A program made the position numbers and the translations under genes. Under the pieces are notes generated by a model. The model was not told where the DNA came from, did not search any database, and saw only the letters and a program-made list of their open reading frames with translations. Source: Rhynchopus sp. YZ270_cl-10 (Eukaryota). Taken from it: a DNA stretch of 64,000 nucleotides. The DNA lies in the NCBI GenBank assembly GCA_964035575.1, contig OZ037834.1:124001-188000 (forward strand), given 5' to 3'. Positions 47,582 to 58,725 of the stretch are shown here, in pieces. Each line of letters opens with the position of its first letter. Positions within the stretch are counted from its first letter, which is position 1.

Positions 47582-49710
47582 GAGAAAAGTTCGATTTCGG
47601 CCTCGAAAATTACCGTGACACCGATTTGTCACGGTACTTTGTCACGGAATTTTTTTGAAAGATTCGATTTCGTGACAAAAAAAAATCGATTTCGTGACAA
47701 ACCAATTTTTTCATTGACACACAAAATTCGATTTCGTGACAAACCGATTTTTTCATTGACAAAAAAAATTCGATTTCGTGACAAATCCAAAAATTCAGTG
47801 ACAAAAAAATGTCAATGAAAAAATGGATTTTGTCAAGGAAACCGAACTTTTTGTCACGGAAAAAGTCGTGACAGGGCACTGGGTACTGGGTACACTGGAC
47901 ACAAGGATAAAAGTCGTGAAAGAGCAACCACAGCTCCACATGACAAACACAAAAGTGTCCAGTCACGTGGGGCATGCATGCACTGAGGAGATAATGATCC
48001 AACAATTTACAAGAAAGATTACTTAACCTACTGCTGGAAATTGCCAGGTCGTAGTAACACACAAAGTGTGCCTCCGTTCGGGAAGACCGGATATTCTAGA
48101 GACCAAAAAGGCCTCAAGAATATCTTCCGGTAGTCAAGGTATAACCGAATGAACGGCCCAAGACCCCCGTGGAGAAGTTAAATGTGTAATGCTATCAGGT
48201 AGAAACTGCGAACACTGTCTTACCCTCCTCAATGCATGGTGGAAGATGTCTTTACAACAAATATCCTGTACCCAGGTACCAGGTTCCCAGACCCACGTAG
48301 TACCACGTCGCAGTACTACGCAAAATTTACCACCAGACCCTGTCTTCGTGCACCTTAAGTACAACGCCGCAGACAGGCCAAACATGCGTTGGACTCAGGA
48401 GGAATGCCTGCTGTGCAGTGTATCAAACATGAGAACCAACTCCCAGAAACAAGGGGCGCCTTTTGGCGGGCGTTGTTGAGGGTGTTTGGGGTGCAAAGTT
48501 TTCCACAATTTTGATGCGCGGGTACAGAAGTGTTATCTTGTTCTTTCATCTCTAGGAATGTAAATGTCAATCGCGTTTAACTACCACTAGGGCTTGTTCA
48601 GTGAACCCACGAGGGGTCGAAGGGGGTTGGTTATCCCATATCTATCAAAGGTTGTGTCGACCAGGCGAATCCACTATGTTACGCTGTATGATGATAAATC
48701 CGAAGAAATAACAGTGCATAGCAACTGCAGGAAGTTTGTTAAAAAGAGTGCCTCACGCTACACAAACCACCACCCGCGATTGACTTAGATGTTATAACAA
48801 AGAGAATTCAGAACAAAACAACACCCTGCCCCATACACACTAAATTGTCATGCTTCAAGAACATGCCTGGGCCAAAATTACTATGACGAAAAGGCAACAA
48901 GACCACCCACAAGGAGTGTGAATTGTGCACTGGTTTTCTGGGGGAACAAACAATATTTTCTTGTGTCTAGTCCTCCGGAAGCAGAGGACAGACTTTCCGG
49001 AAGGTTTCCAAAGTCGAATTTCTTGCACTAGCTATGCTCCCTGGTTAATGGCTATAGCAGTGACTGACAAAGTGTTCCCACCCCCCTTTCCACCACCATA
49101 ATAACCGAACTCTCGTCGCATGCGCTGGTGGATTCGATCTGTTTTGGTGTGTGTAATGGAATGTATGGGTGAGGGTTGGGGTATTAGGTATAGAAACTTG
49201 CGCACCCATTAATTTTTTACCAAATGAAAATGAAATTTGCAATGAGTGTCTGCTGCATATCATTTAGTGGGGCTGGCCTCTGGCCAGAGGCGTGCAAGCC
49301 TGACCGTGTTCGCGATATACTAAGTCTCGCATAATCATAAAGTTATCATACCTTGTGTCTTCAGTCTCTGCCCTTCGGTTTCTAGACAGCTCAAGAATGG
49401 CCTCTTTTGTGTTTGTCAAGTGGCTGTCTGGTCACTTTTCAGTGACTGGCGGGTTGGCTGTCACGACTTTTTCCTTGACAAAATCCATTTTTTTTCTATG
49501 ACATTTTTTTGTCAATGAAAAAATGGATTTGTCACGAAATCGAATTTTTTTTTGTCAATGAAAAAAGTCATTTGTCACTAAATTGAATTTTGTGTGTCAA
49601 TGAAAAAATCAGCTTGTCACGAAATCGAATCTTTCAAAAAAATTCCGTGACAAAGTACCGTGACAAATCGGTGTCACGGGTATTTTCGAGGCCGAAATCG
49701 AACTTTTCTC
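47582..49710. mobile_element. Non-autonomous Mutator-like element C with ~290-bp GAGAAAAGTTCGATTTCGGCCTCG TIRs and 9-bp TSD
   Basis: 47582-47872 is an inverted match to ~49458-49710, with CGTGACAAA subrepeats. TSD TTTTATTTT at 47573-47581 and 49711-49719. Confidence 0.9.
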
Positions 49711-50037
49711 TTTTATTTTCAATAGCCTCTCCTACAATACTGTGTGTGTTTGCTGGAAGCGATCAATGAATCACAAGTTTATGCATTTTTTCCCCGCCCC
49801 ATTTTCAAGTAGGGAAGGAGGTCGGGTTGGGACTGCAGAATATTTTCAATAGCCTCTCCTACAATACTCTGCCCTACTTATGGCACCCCCCCATCCACCC
49901 GTTGGGGGTTTCTCGTGGAGAGTCACTGTATCTCCCCGAGGGAGAGCCAAATGCTCACAACCCACCCCCTATAAACACATACACACCCCTTTTTTTGCAG
50001 AGGTTTTTTAAGGGGTTTTACAAAAAGTAGCAAAAAA

Positions 50038-51022
50038 ATGGCACCCAAGGGTAAGAGGACACCCAGCACAGCGCCTGCTGGCACCAAGCAGGCCCCTGCC
50101 CGCAAGCAGGTCAACAAGCCCAAGGCAGGAAGAGGATGCTTTGCGATTGTCTTCCTTTTGCTGATCCCGACCCTCATCGCTGTGGTATGAACGGAGCAGT
50201 GTGCATTTGATTTAAAATATGGTGAAAAAGGAGAGAAGTAGCCTACCTGATTTTTGACCCGAGTTTGGGTGGCATTTGCGGTATTTGAGCCAAAATCAGG
50301 TGGGTGGTATCGAACCTACCGGGCTACTCGGATAGGCGATTTTTTTTTCCCCCTCCCCCGCCTGAGTTTTAGTACGTTTCAACTGCTCTTCTTTTTTGTC
50401 AATATACAACAAAAACAACGACATTGATGTACAGCTCACTCTATTAGGTGCGCAAAGTGATTGTCAATAAAACACAACAGCAATAAAATTCACCACACAG
50501 GGTCTTGCATTCACCTCTGTGACCTGCACCAGAGGGGATGAGTACGCTGAGCAGCTTGGAGGATCTGAGGCTGCCGCACAGTGCAAGATCGTCCGCAGCA
50601 CGTCTGCGGCTGTCAGGCAGATGGTGGACGAGGCACAGGAGGCAGCGACGAAGGCTGTGGGCGAGGAGACCCTGGCGAAGGCAAAGACGCAGTACAACGC
50701 TGCTTACGATGCCGCAGCAGCCCCTCTGGATGAGGCGGCCGAGGCGGTGTACACCAAGCTCACCCTCCCCAAGGACGACCCGAACGCAGTGGCTGGACGC
50801 CGTTTCATCGCCTTCGGAGTAACCCTTCTCCTGATCCCGCTTATGTTCGTCTTCCTGCCCTTCTTCCACGTGATCCTCCTCATCGCGCTGTACTTCGCAG
50901 TGTACCCCAATGCCGCTATTGAGTGGGTCTGGTACATCCAAAAAGACCTGGTGGTGATGGAGCCCATCATCACCCGTGTGCTTCAGTCCTTTAAGTCCAT
51001 TGGTATCGACTTTGGGATCTGA
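50038..51022 (+). CDS. Two-exon hypothetical membrane protein (222 aa). Exons 50038-50184 and 50501-51022
   Basis: ATG at 50038, GTATGA donor at 50185, CAG acceptor at 50498-50500, in-frame phase-0 join; hydrophobic segments; codon usage like OSCP. Confidence 0.8.
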
Positions 51023-51613
51023 TTATTTTTTTTGGGGATTTAGAAAAAAAAGGATAAAAGGTTAGAATGATATCTTGCTAGTGCTTTGAGATTTGAAGGA
51101 GGGAAAAAAGAAATGAAAAAAAGAAAAGAAAAAGAAAAAAAAAATACAAAGAGTAGAATGGTTCATTGAGAGGAAAAATACAGTATGTGACCATAAAAGA
51201 AAAGTTTTCAAAAGAAGGAAAAAAAAGGAAATAAACGTATTTTTTTTTGGGGATTGTATAGCAATTTTGGGGTGAAGGGGAGGGGAGAAGGGTAGGGGGG
51301 GAAAGCTGAAGAGAGGAAAAAAAACAAATAGCTGTATGCTTGATTAAGCTCCTCCCCCTCTGAAGAAAAAAGAAGTGAAAAAAGGGAAAATATTTTTGCA
51401 AAAAAAAGTACTCTTGCCACGGGGGGTGAGTGGTTTTTATTTTTTATTTTTTTAATTTTTTTTGTTCGAATGGGTTTTGTTCACCGATACTTTCGGGATA
51501 GTCCGTAACATTCAGTCGACTTACCCAAAAAAAAAAAACCTTCTAAAAAAATTACTCTTATCTTTTCCCCCCCCTTGAGATAGAAACAAAAAAGTATAGT
51601 GGAGCACACTCTA

Positions 51614-51833
51614 GGCATAGTGTGCAGACGAACAAAATGTTCGTCGATGTTCGTCCTGGGGGGGAAAAAAAAGATGGTTCGTCGATGTTAGTCGATGTTC
51701 GTCGATGTTCGTCGATGTTCGTCGTGGGTTGCCCTTGTGGCAAGGACCTGTTCGTCGATGTTCGTCGACGAACATCGACGAACATCGACGAACAAAACCG
51801 ACGAACCAAAAATGTTCGTCTGCACACTATGTC
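51614..51833. mobile_element. 220-bp MITE with G(G/A)CATAGTGTGCAGACGAACA TIRs and TA (or CTAG) TSD
   Basis: TIRs plus internal GTTCGTCGAT repeats. Uninterrupted host sequence is present at 60868-60915 and, inverted, at 1272-1322. Confidence 0.88.
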
Positions 51834-53192
51834 TAGGGTGGCTACACTAATGCAACCAAGTTTTCAAAAAAAATAACAAAAAACCGCAACCATACTGTAA
51901 GGTGACTAAAGCGACACAGGACTATCATGTATATCATTGGTAGCCCTTTCAGGACCCCTTTGGTGTAGCTGAATGGGGGGGAGGGTGCAAAAAGTGCGCA
52001 GAAGTGCGCAAAAAAAAAAAAAATGTGCGCAATAAGTGCGAATCACCCCTCCTTCAGTTACGCCATTTTTTTTAATTTTAATTTTTATATTTACAGCCTA
52101 CAAAAAAGAGTTATTTTACCATACCGCTTAGTTACCCTTCCTCATACGCGACAGTGAAATAAATGAGTTGACTTTGTGGGTTTTCACTGTTGTGTTACAG
52201 CGATGAAAACCACAAAGGGGGAAAAGAAAAAAACTACGACTCAAGTCATTTCCTTCACCGTCGTGTACTACCCCATGTTTTCTCTGCCTTTTTTCCCCTC
52301 AAGACCAAAGGATACATTGCCAGGAGAGGGCTTTGTATTTCAAGTCAAATTTTTTTTTTGTCTGTGATGATGTGATCTGCAACAGACACATCATTGCAAA
52401 ATTTTTTGTGTGTTTTTTTTTGTTTGGTTTGTTTCCTTGTGGTTTTATTCTAAAGACTTTTTTTTTTGACTGATAGGGGACACCTTGATGAATCCTCTCA
52501 AAATGCTTTCAGTTTCTTCGAACTGAAAGACAATGACTTTAATTTTTTTTCCCCACCAAAATAAATGTTTGATGAAAAGCACAATACAACCTGTTGTAAT
52601 ACCTTTTGCAATAAGGGAAAAAAAAAGATTTGGTCTTTTGTTTTTCCCTTTCTTTTCCCCCCCATCACATTCCCACCTTTCAGCGTGGAAACAGCGAGAA
52701 ATGGTAGTGGTGGGTAATATATATCACTCAAGAGGACAACACTCAGGATGTTCGTGGCTGGAGTTTCAGTGTTATTATAGTACTGTTTCAAACACAACAA
52801 AAAAAAGTTTAAAACCTGAAGGACCCCAAGAAAACAAAACAAAACAACAAAACACAAAACAACAGAGAACCCACCAACACAGCACTACCTCCTCCCTATT
52901 TTTTTTTCTTCTTTCATTTTGTCACCTCATGAAGGAGGAAATATAAAACAAAGCATTTTGAACACACTTTTTGCGGTTCTGAGGGACGAACCACACTGCA
53001 GAGCCCACGCCTCACCAAACAGATCGAGATGCGTTTCACCACCCCCCTTTTTTTTTTTTTGAAATTTGTTTTTGGTTTGAAACCTCTCTCTCTCTCTCTC
53101 CACCCCCCTTTCCACAATCACCACACACAGCACCCTCCCCTCCCTTCCCCTCACCCCTCACCCTACCGCCCACCCCCCTTTCATCTGCATCC

Positions 53193-55737
53193 ATGGACAC
53201 CGCTTTGAAGGCAATACTTGAGGGGACTTCATTTGACTCTCTTGATGAGGGGTCCAGACGTAACGCGATTCGCGCCGTTTTGAAGGAGGACGCCCCGACA
53301 TGCCAGGTGGCAGCGCTGTTGACCCTCCTGGCCCGGGAGGGGGAAAGCGCGGAGACGGTGAAGCTGTTTAGCGAGGAGTTGCTGCAGAAGGCGGTGCCAG
53401 TATCTGTGGAAGGCGCGGCGGATATTGTAGGGACCGGAGGGGACGGGAAGAACACCCTCAATGTGTCCACCCCAGCCTCCTTGATTGCAGCGGCAATGGG
53501 GGTTCCTGTTGCGAAGCATGGCAACCGATCCGCTTCGGCGCATTCAGGTAGTGCTGACGTTGCGGAATACCTCGGAGGGTGCCTTACCCTTACCCCAGAC
53601 CAGGCGGTGGAGACGCTCAAGGCATGTTCTTTTTGCTTTATTTTTGCACCGAATTTTCATCCGGCGTTGAAACCTCTTGGTCCCATCAGAAAACAATTAG
53701 GGTTTAAAACGGTGTTCAACCTTTTGGGACCTCTTTTGAATCCATGCAAACCAACTCATATGGTGGTAGGCGTTGGGAAGCGCGAAAAGGTTGATGTAAT
53801 TGTTGGCGCACTGGAGAAGAATTCCAATCTGAAATGCCTGGTAGTGCACTCAGAGGACGGTCTCGATAAGATTAGTTCACGGGTTGCGACGCATACGTGG
53901 TTGGTCCAGAGTGGGACCAAAACGAAATACGAAAAACTGACCCCAACCACCCTAGGCCTCACCCCCACCATCTATGATTCTGAATCCTATTTCGAAGGTG
54001 GAGGTGGACCCATTGAAAATGCTGCAACCATCATCAGGGTGCTTGAAGGGCGGGGTCGGTCTGCGCAAGATTTTGTTTGCGTCCAGGCAGCAGCGCTCGC
54101 TGTGGTAACCGGTAAGGCGGCATCTTATGCAGAAGGACTGTCTCAGGCAAGATCTGTCATTGAAAATGGAAGTGCCCGCGCATTGCTTGATGAGTACGTA
54201 AGGAAAAGTACTCTTGCAGGGAAGGCAGGTAGTACAGACATCCTGTCGCGGATCATGAAGAGGAGAACAGTGGATCTGATGTTGGCGAAGGAGGCCGTCC
54301 CGTACGCCACCCTGGAGGAGCGTGTGGAGGCTAGGAAGGCGTCGGAGGGGGAGGGGGGGCCGGTGCCGCTGCTGTCGTTGTTCTCCGCAGAGGGGTTTGG
54401 GTTTTGTGCGGAGCTGAAGAGGGCGTCGCCGAGTGAAGGGGACATCTCGTCGGGGCGTGATGTGGTCGAGTTGGCAAGGGTGTATGCGGGGGCAGGTGTG
54501 CAGGTGATCTCGGTTCTGACAGAGCCTGTGTGGTTTAAGGGGAGTCTCGAGGATCTGGCAGCAGTGCGTACAGCGGTATGAGTTTGTTATTTTCTTTTTT
54601 TTGAGAACATTTTTTTTGCCATTCCTTTAAAAGAGAACGGAACATGCACGGTCCTGGAAAATCCAAGAAAATGGAGTCGGCGGCGGGGGGGCCAAAGAGG
54701 AAGTTGTGTCAAATATGTCGCACAATTGGTAGTTTTGTCATTGTGGAGTTACCTAACCATTTTTGCCACTACGTCCTTTTCATACATTCAGCGGTGCCAA
54801 CATCTCACGTCATAATCATATTATAACAAAGGGCCATTATTCTGTGCAATAATTACCGTCACTAGACATCAGACCACATCACAACACATCCCAACACAGG
54901 TCCACGATGCGCCCTCTCGCCCGGCCATCCTCCGGAAGGACTTCATCTTCAGCAAGTACCAGGTATGTGACCAGATGCAGTAGCCCAAATAACCTTGGTC
55001 TACAAAGGAGTTCAGCGGATTTTTCGGGAATTTTTTTTGGGGGATAATTTGGTGTCCTTTTCTTTGGACGTCAAATAGAGTTGCCTTGCTGTATTCCCTT
55101 GAAACCACACACAGTTGATGCTGTGATAACCCTATTCTGATTAAAAGGTGAGGCTAAAATCCATCATCTTACACACCTTTGTGTTCTGGTCTACCAATGA
55201 AGTGTTGGGGGGTTTACCCCACGATGCACCCGGTCATTGTACCAAAAGGTACTTTGCTCATTTATTTATTACTCTAAAAATCCCCCCCCTCCACAGATCC
55301 TCGAGGCTCGTGCCCATGGTGCCGACACACTTCTTCTCATCGTTGCCGCAGCAGACGAGATGGCGGCACAGGGTGAGACCCTTGCCTCCCTCATTGCCTT
55401 CAGCAGGGAGCACGGCATGGAGCCCCTTGTGGAGGTGGTGAGCGAGGAGGAGGTGGACGCGGCCCTGTCTGCAGGGGCTGCCGTCATTGGTGTGAACAAC
55501 CGCGATCTGCGCACCTTCCGCATCGACCTGACACGTACCGGCACGCTCTTGGCGTACGCAAAGGCAAAACACCCAGAAGACGTTGTTGCCAAGACCCGCT
55601 GGATCGGCCTCAGTGGTGTGTCCTCCACCGACCACGTCCTCACAATGAAGCAGCAGCATGCCCAAGGTGTGCTCGTCGGCACCTCTCTCATGAGAGCAGA
55701 GGACCCTGCAGCGTTGATCGCAAGCTGGAGGATGTAG
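53193..55737 (+). CDS. trpD-trpC: Anthranilate phosphoribosyltransferase / indole-3-glycerol-phosphate synthase fusion (628 aa). Exons 53193-54575, 54900-54962, 55297-55737
   Basis: TrpD motifs DIVGTGGDGKNTLNVST, KHGNRS..SGSAD, FNLLGPLLNP and DGLDKI. TrpC motifs AELKRASPS.G, ISVLTEP.WF.GS, LRKDFI..YQILEAR..GAD, LVEV, IGVNNRDL and LVGTSLM. GT-AG phase-0 introns restore the frame. Confidence 0.92.
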
Positions 55738-56808
55738 GAGGCTAGAGGAGGTGGGTTTTCTTGTAGGGGGGGAGATGTTGGGTAGGGCACGTTACTGTGT
55801 TAAAATCCTTCTCAGTGGATGCACAGATGTCTGCAGGGAAAGGTGGTGGTTGTGGTGTGTTTACTTTGATACTGCGGTGGGTCAAAGGTTTGAGAAAAAA
55901 GGCTCTTGTACTATGCCACCTCTTTTCAATAAAAGACGACACAAATTGCAGTGCGTTCTTTTCATGTATTATAATAAGGCCAAATTGGTAAGCATTTTTC
56001 TTCTTTTTTTTTCAACTTTTTTTCCAAGGTGATTCAGGCACAGCTGCTTAGTTTCATCATGACAAAAACTTTTTTCCAAATTTCCTTTATTTTTTTTTAA
56101 AAAAAACAACAAAAAACGTTAACCGTCTCTAGCTTGCAGTTTCCCTTCAACGTAACTAGCGTCGTGTTGTGTGATGTGCTGTGTGAATAGTTGCTGAGTG
56201 GTGATGTGTGTGTGCGCGAAGTCCTGAACAGCTTTGCCCTACCACCCCTACCATTTCAGACGCCTTTTTCTTCTGTGTTTTTTGACAGCCCCTTTGTTTT
56301 GTGTAATTTGCAACAATCTCCGCAGTAAAGCTGAAGAAAAAACATAAAACATAAAAAAATAAATGTCATGTTTTCCCTTTTTCCGCCCAAATTAGCTCAG
56401 GGTTTGTGCTCACCCCAACCGGACCCTCCATCACACAGTTTTTCGTTCATATCCCTGTGTTCGCAATGATTGATCATCATGATGAGTGGAAGCGGGAGTA
56501 GCACACATACCAGATGAAAAACCACGAAAATGGATGTAAGACTGCATGGTTTGGGTGTCACCACCCCCCAGTACAACCAGCCATTTGCACCATTTTCAAG
56601 CCAACTTTTTACCCCCCTCTTTTCCCAAACTCTTTTCTTTTCACTGGCTTTTTGAGTCGCCCCACAAACCTGCTTTTTTTTTAAACCACCCCCCACCACC
56701 ACCACCCACTTCCGACAGACATTCCCCACACATACACTCCCATATCCCTATCCCCCCTCCCCTCCCTTCCCCTTCCCCATACACTACTTCTTTGTGTTCT
56801 TCCTTCTG

Positions 56809-57996
56809 ATGGCACCCCAGGAGCCCCACCAAGATGGTGGAGAGTACGAAGGAAGGGTGCTCGAGGAGACCGCCGCACCACGCCCAGCAAAGACACTGAG
56901 TGCCGTCGGGATGTGGCTAGTGTCGCATAGTCTGAATGAATATGTCACGTTGATGGAGCAGGAGGGCTACGACGACCTTGAGGATTTGACTGCCTTGGTG
57001 ACAGAAGAAGATAACTTCGAACGCCTGGTGACAAGGGAAGGCCACAGACGGAAGATTGTGCGGTTGCTTCTCCCTTCCAGCGCTCATAGCTCCCCTGCTC
57101 TGATGCAGCCGTCGCCAGGTGCTCCGCAGGGTGTCTCGACTGCAGCAGTGGGGGGCACCCCAGCTGATCAATCTTCTCAGCATTCGTATACCACTGCCAG
57201 GTCTTCGTCTACCAACAACTCGCCTTCGCATGATACACAACAGCAGTTTGCTGCAGGGTCTGTAGGGGCAGTGTTGCCGCATGGTGGGATGACTGAGCTG
57301 GGACGGTACAAAGTTATCGTGGTAGGCGACGCAGGGACCGGAAAGACCTCATTCATCCACCAACTCGTGCATTCCAAATTCAACGGAAACACAAAAGCAA
57401 CAATCGGATTGGATTGGAGGGAAAAGCAGGTGGACGTCGCTGGGGGGCATGTGACCATTCAGTTTTGGGATATTTCTGGGCAAGAAAGGTTTGCGAATGT
57501 GACCAGAGCCTATTACCAAGGTGCGCATGGAGCTATAGTGTGCTATGATCGGTCAAACCCTAACAGTCTTGCGACAGTGGAGAAGTGGAAGAAGGATATT
57601 GATGGCAAGGTGTTTGTGGGGGGTGGGGATGAGGGGACGATAATACCGAGTGTTTTGTTGGCAACAAAGTGTGATTTGCCAGATGGCCGTTCAGAAAGTG
57701 CAGCAGAAGTGCAGGCACTGTGCGCGGAGCTTGGATTCAAGGAACACTTCGAAACCTCCGCAAAACAGAACATGAATGTGCACTCCTCAATTGAGAAGTT
57801 CGTTGCCGAGCTCCAGCATTACCACTCCCCCGAGAGGAACGCGCTTCACAACCCACACAACGCAGCTCTCAGCAAACGTGGCTCCACCATGTCTCTCGTA
57901 GTAGCCACCACAGCTGAAGGCTTTGATATTAATACCGGAGCGGGTCCAAGACCATCAAGAAAAACGCCAGGATCTCATAAGAAGAGATGCTGCTGA
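56809..57996 (+). CDS. Rab32/38-like small GTPase with N-terminal SAM domain
   Basis: GDAGTGKT, TIGLD, WDISGQERF, TKCD, ETSAK and C-terminal CC. VGMWLVSHSLNEYVTLMEQEGYDDLEDL...GHRRKI is SAM-like. Confidence 0.85.
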   Translation: MAPQEPHQDGGEYEGRVLEETAAPRPAKTLSAVGMWLVSHSLNEYVTLMEQEGYDDLEDLTALVTEEDNFERLVTREGHRRKIVRLLLPSSAHSSPALMQPSPGAPQGVSTAAVGGTPADQSSQHSYTTARSSSTNNSPSHDTQQQFAAGSVGAVLPHGGMTELGRYKVIVVGDAGTGKTSFIHQLVHSKFNGNTKATIGLDWREKQVDVAGGHVTIQFWDISGQERFANVTRAYYQGAHGAIVCYDRSNPNSLATVEKWKKDIDGKVFVGGGDEGTIIPSVLLATKCDLPDGRSESAAEVQALCAELGFKEHFETSAKQNMNVHSSIEKFVAELQHYHSPERNALHNPHNAALSKRGSTMSLVVATTAEGFDINTGAGPRPSRKTPGSHKKRCC

Positions 57997-58569
57997 AATA
58001 AAAGGGGGGTAGATGAACGAAAAAAAAAAAAAGGTGAAAATTGTTGAAAAAAAATGTGGTTTTTCTTTCCTTGTAAATCTGTATGTTTTTTTTTTGAGAT
58101 GTTCAATAATGAGATGTAATTCGTATCAATTTTTTCCCCGTGTTTTTTTGTTTTTTTTTTTGTCTTTTTTTTGGTGACTAAGCATACGAGAGGATTAAGG
58201 TATCATCTAACAAACGTTTCCCTCTTCTTCCCCCATTCCTTTCCCCTTCAATTACCAAAAGGCACTGTTTCAGAACTGTAAACAGTCGCGTCACTATTAT
58301 TTCCAGCAATTTTTATAGCAAAGCAAGCAAGAACATAACCAGGTCCTCCAACGGTAGATGGGCCTACACGCCAAACCAGAAGGCGGAGCACCTCCCAAAA
58401 TTTTCCAATTTTCATCAAACAGGCCTGACGTTGGGGTGAGAACAAAAGGGGCATGACCCAAGGACCCAGGGACTCAGGTCTTGGGCTAGTTCCGAATGGG
58501 CTTAAGTCGTGTAGCCACACTCCACCCGACAGAGCGGAAAGAACACCTCCCCACCAGACTAGTACCCAA

Positions 58570-58725
58570 CACGACGGGACTCAGTGACAAGTGACAAGTG
58601 AAAATAACAAGTGATTTATGACAAGTGAAATGACAAATACGTCACTTGTCATGACAAGTGATTTACTTGTCATTCACTTGTCATTTTTATTTGTCATTTG
58701 TTGCTTGTCACTGGGTCCTGTCGTG
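58570..58725. mobile_element. 156-bp MITE with CACGAC(G/A)GGAC(T/C)CAGTGACAAG TIRs and 3-bp TSD CAA
   Basis: TIRs, internal TGACAAG repeats in both orientations, CAA on both flanks; terminus resembles element A. Confidence 0.8.
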
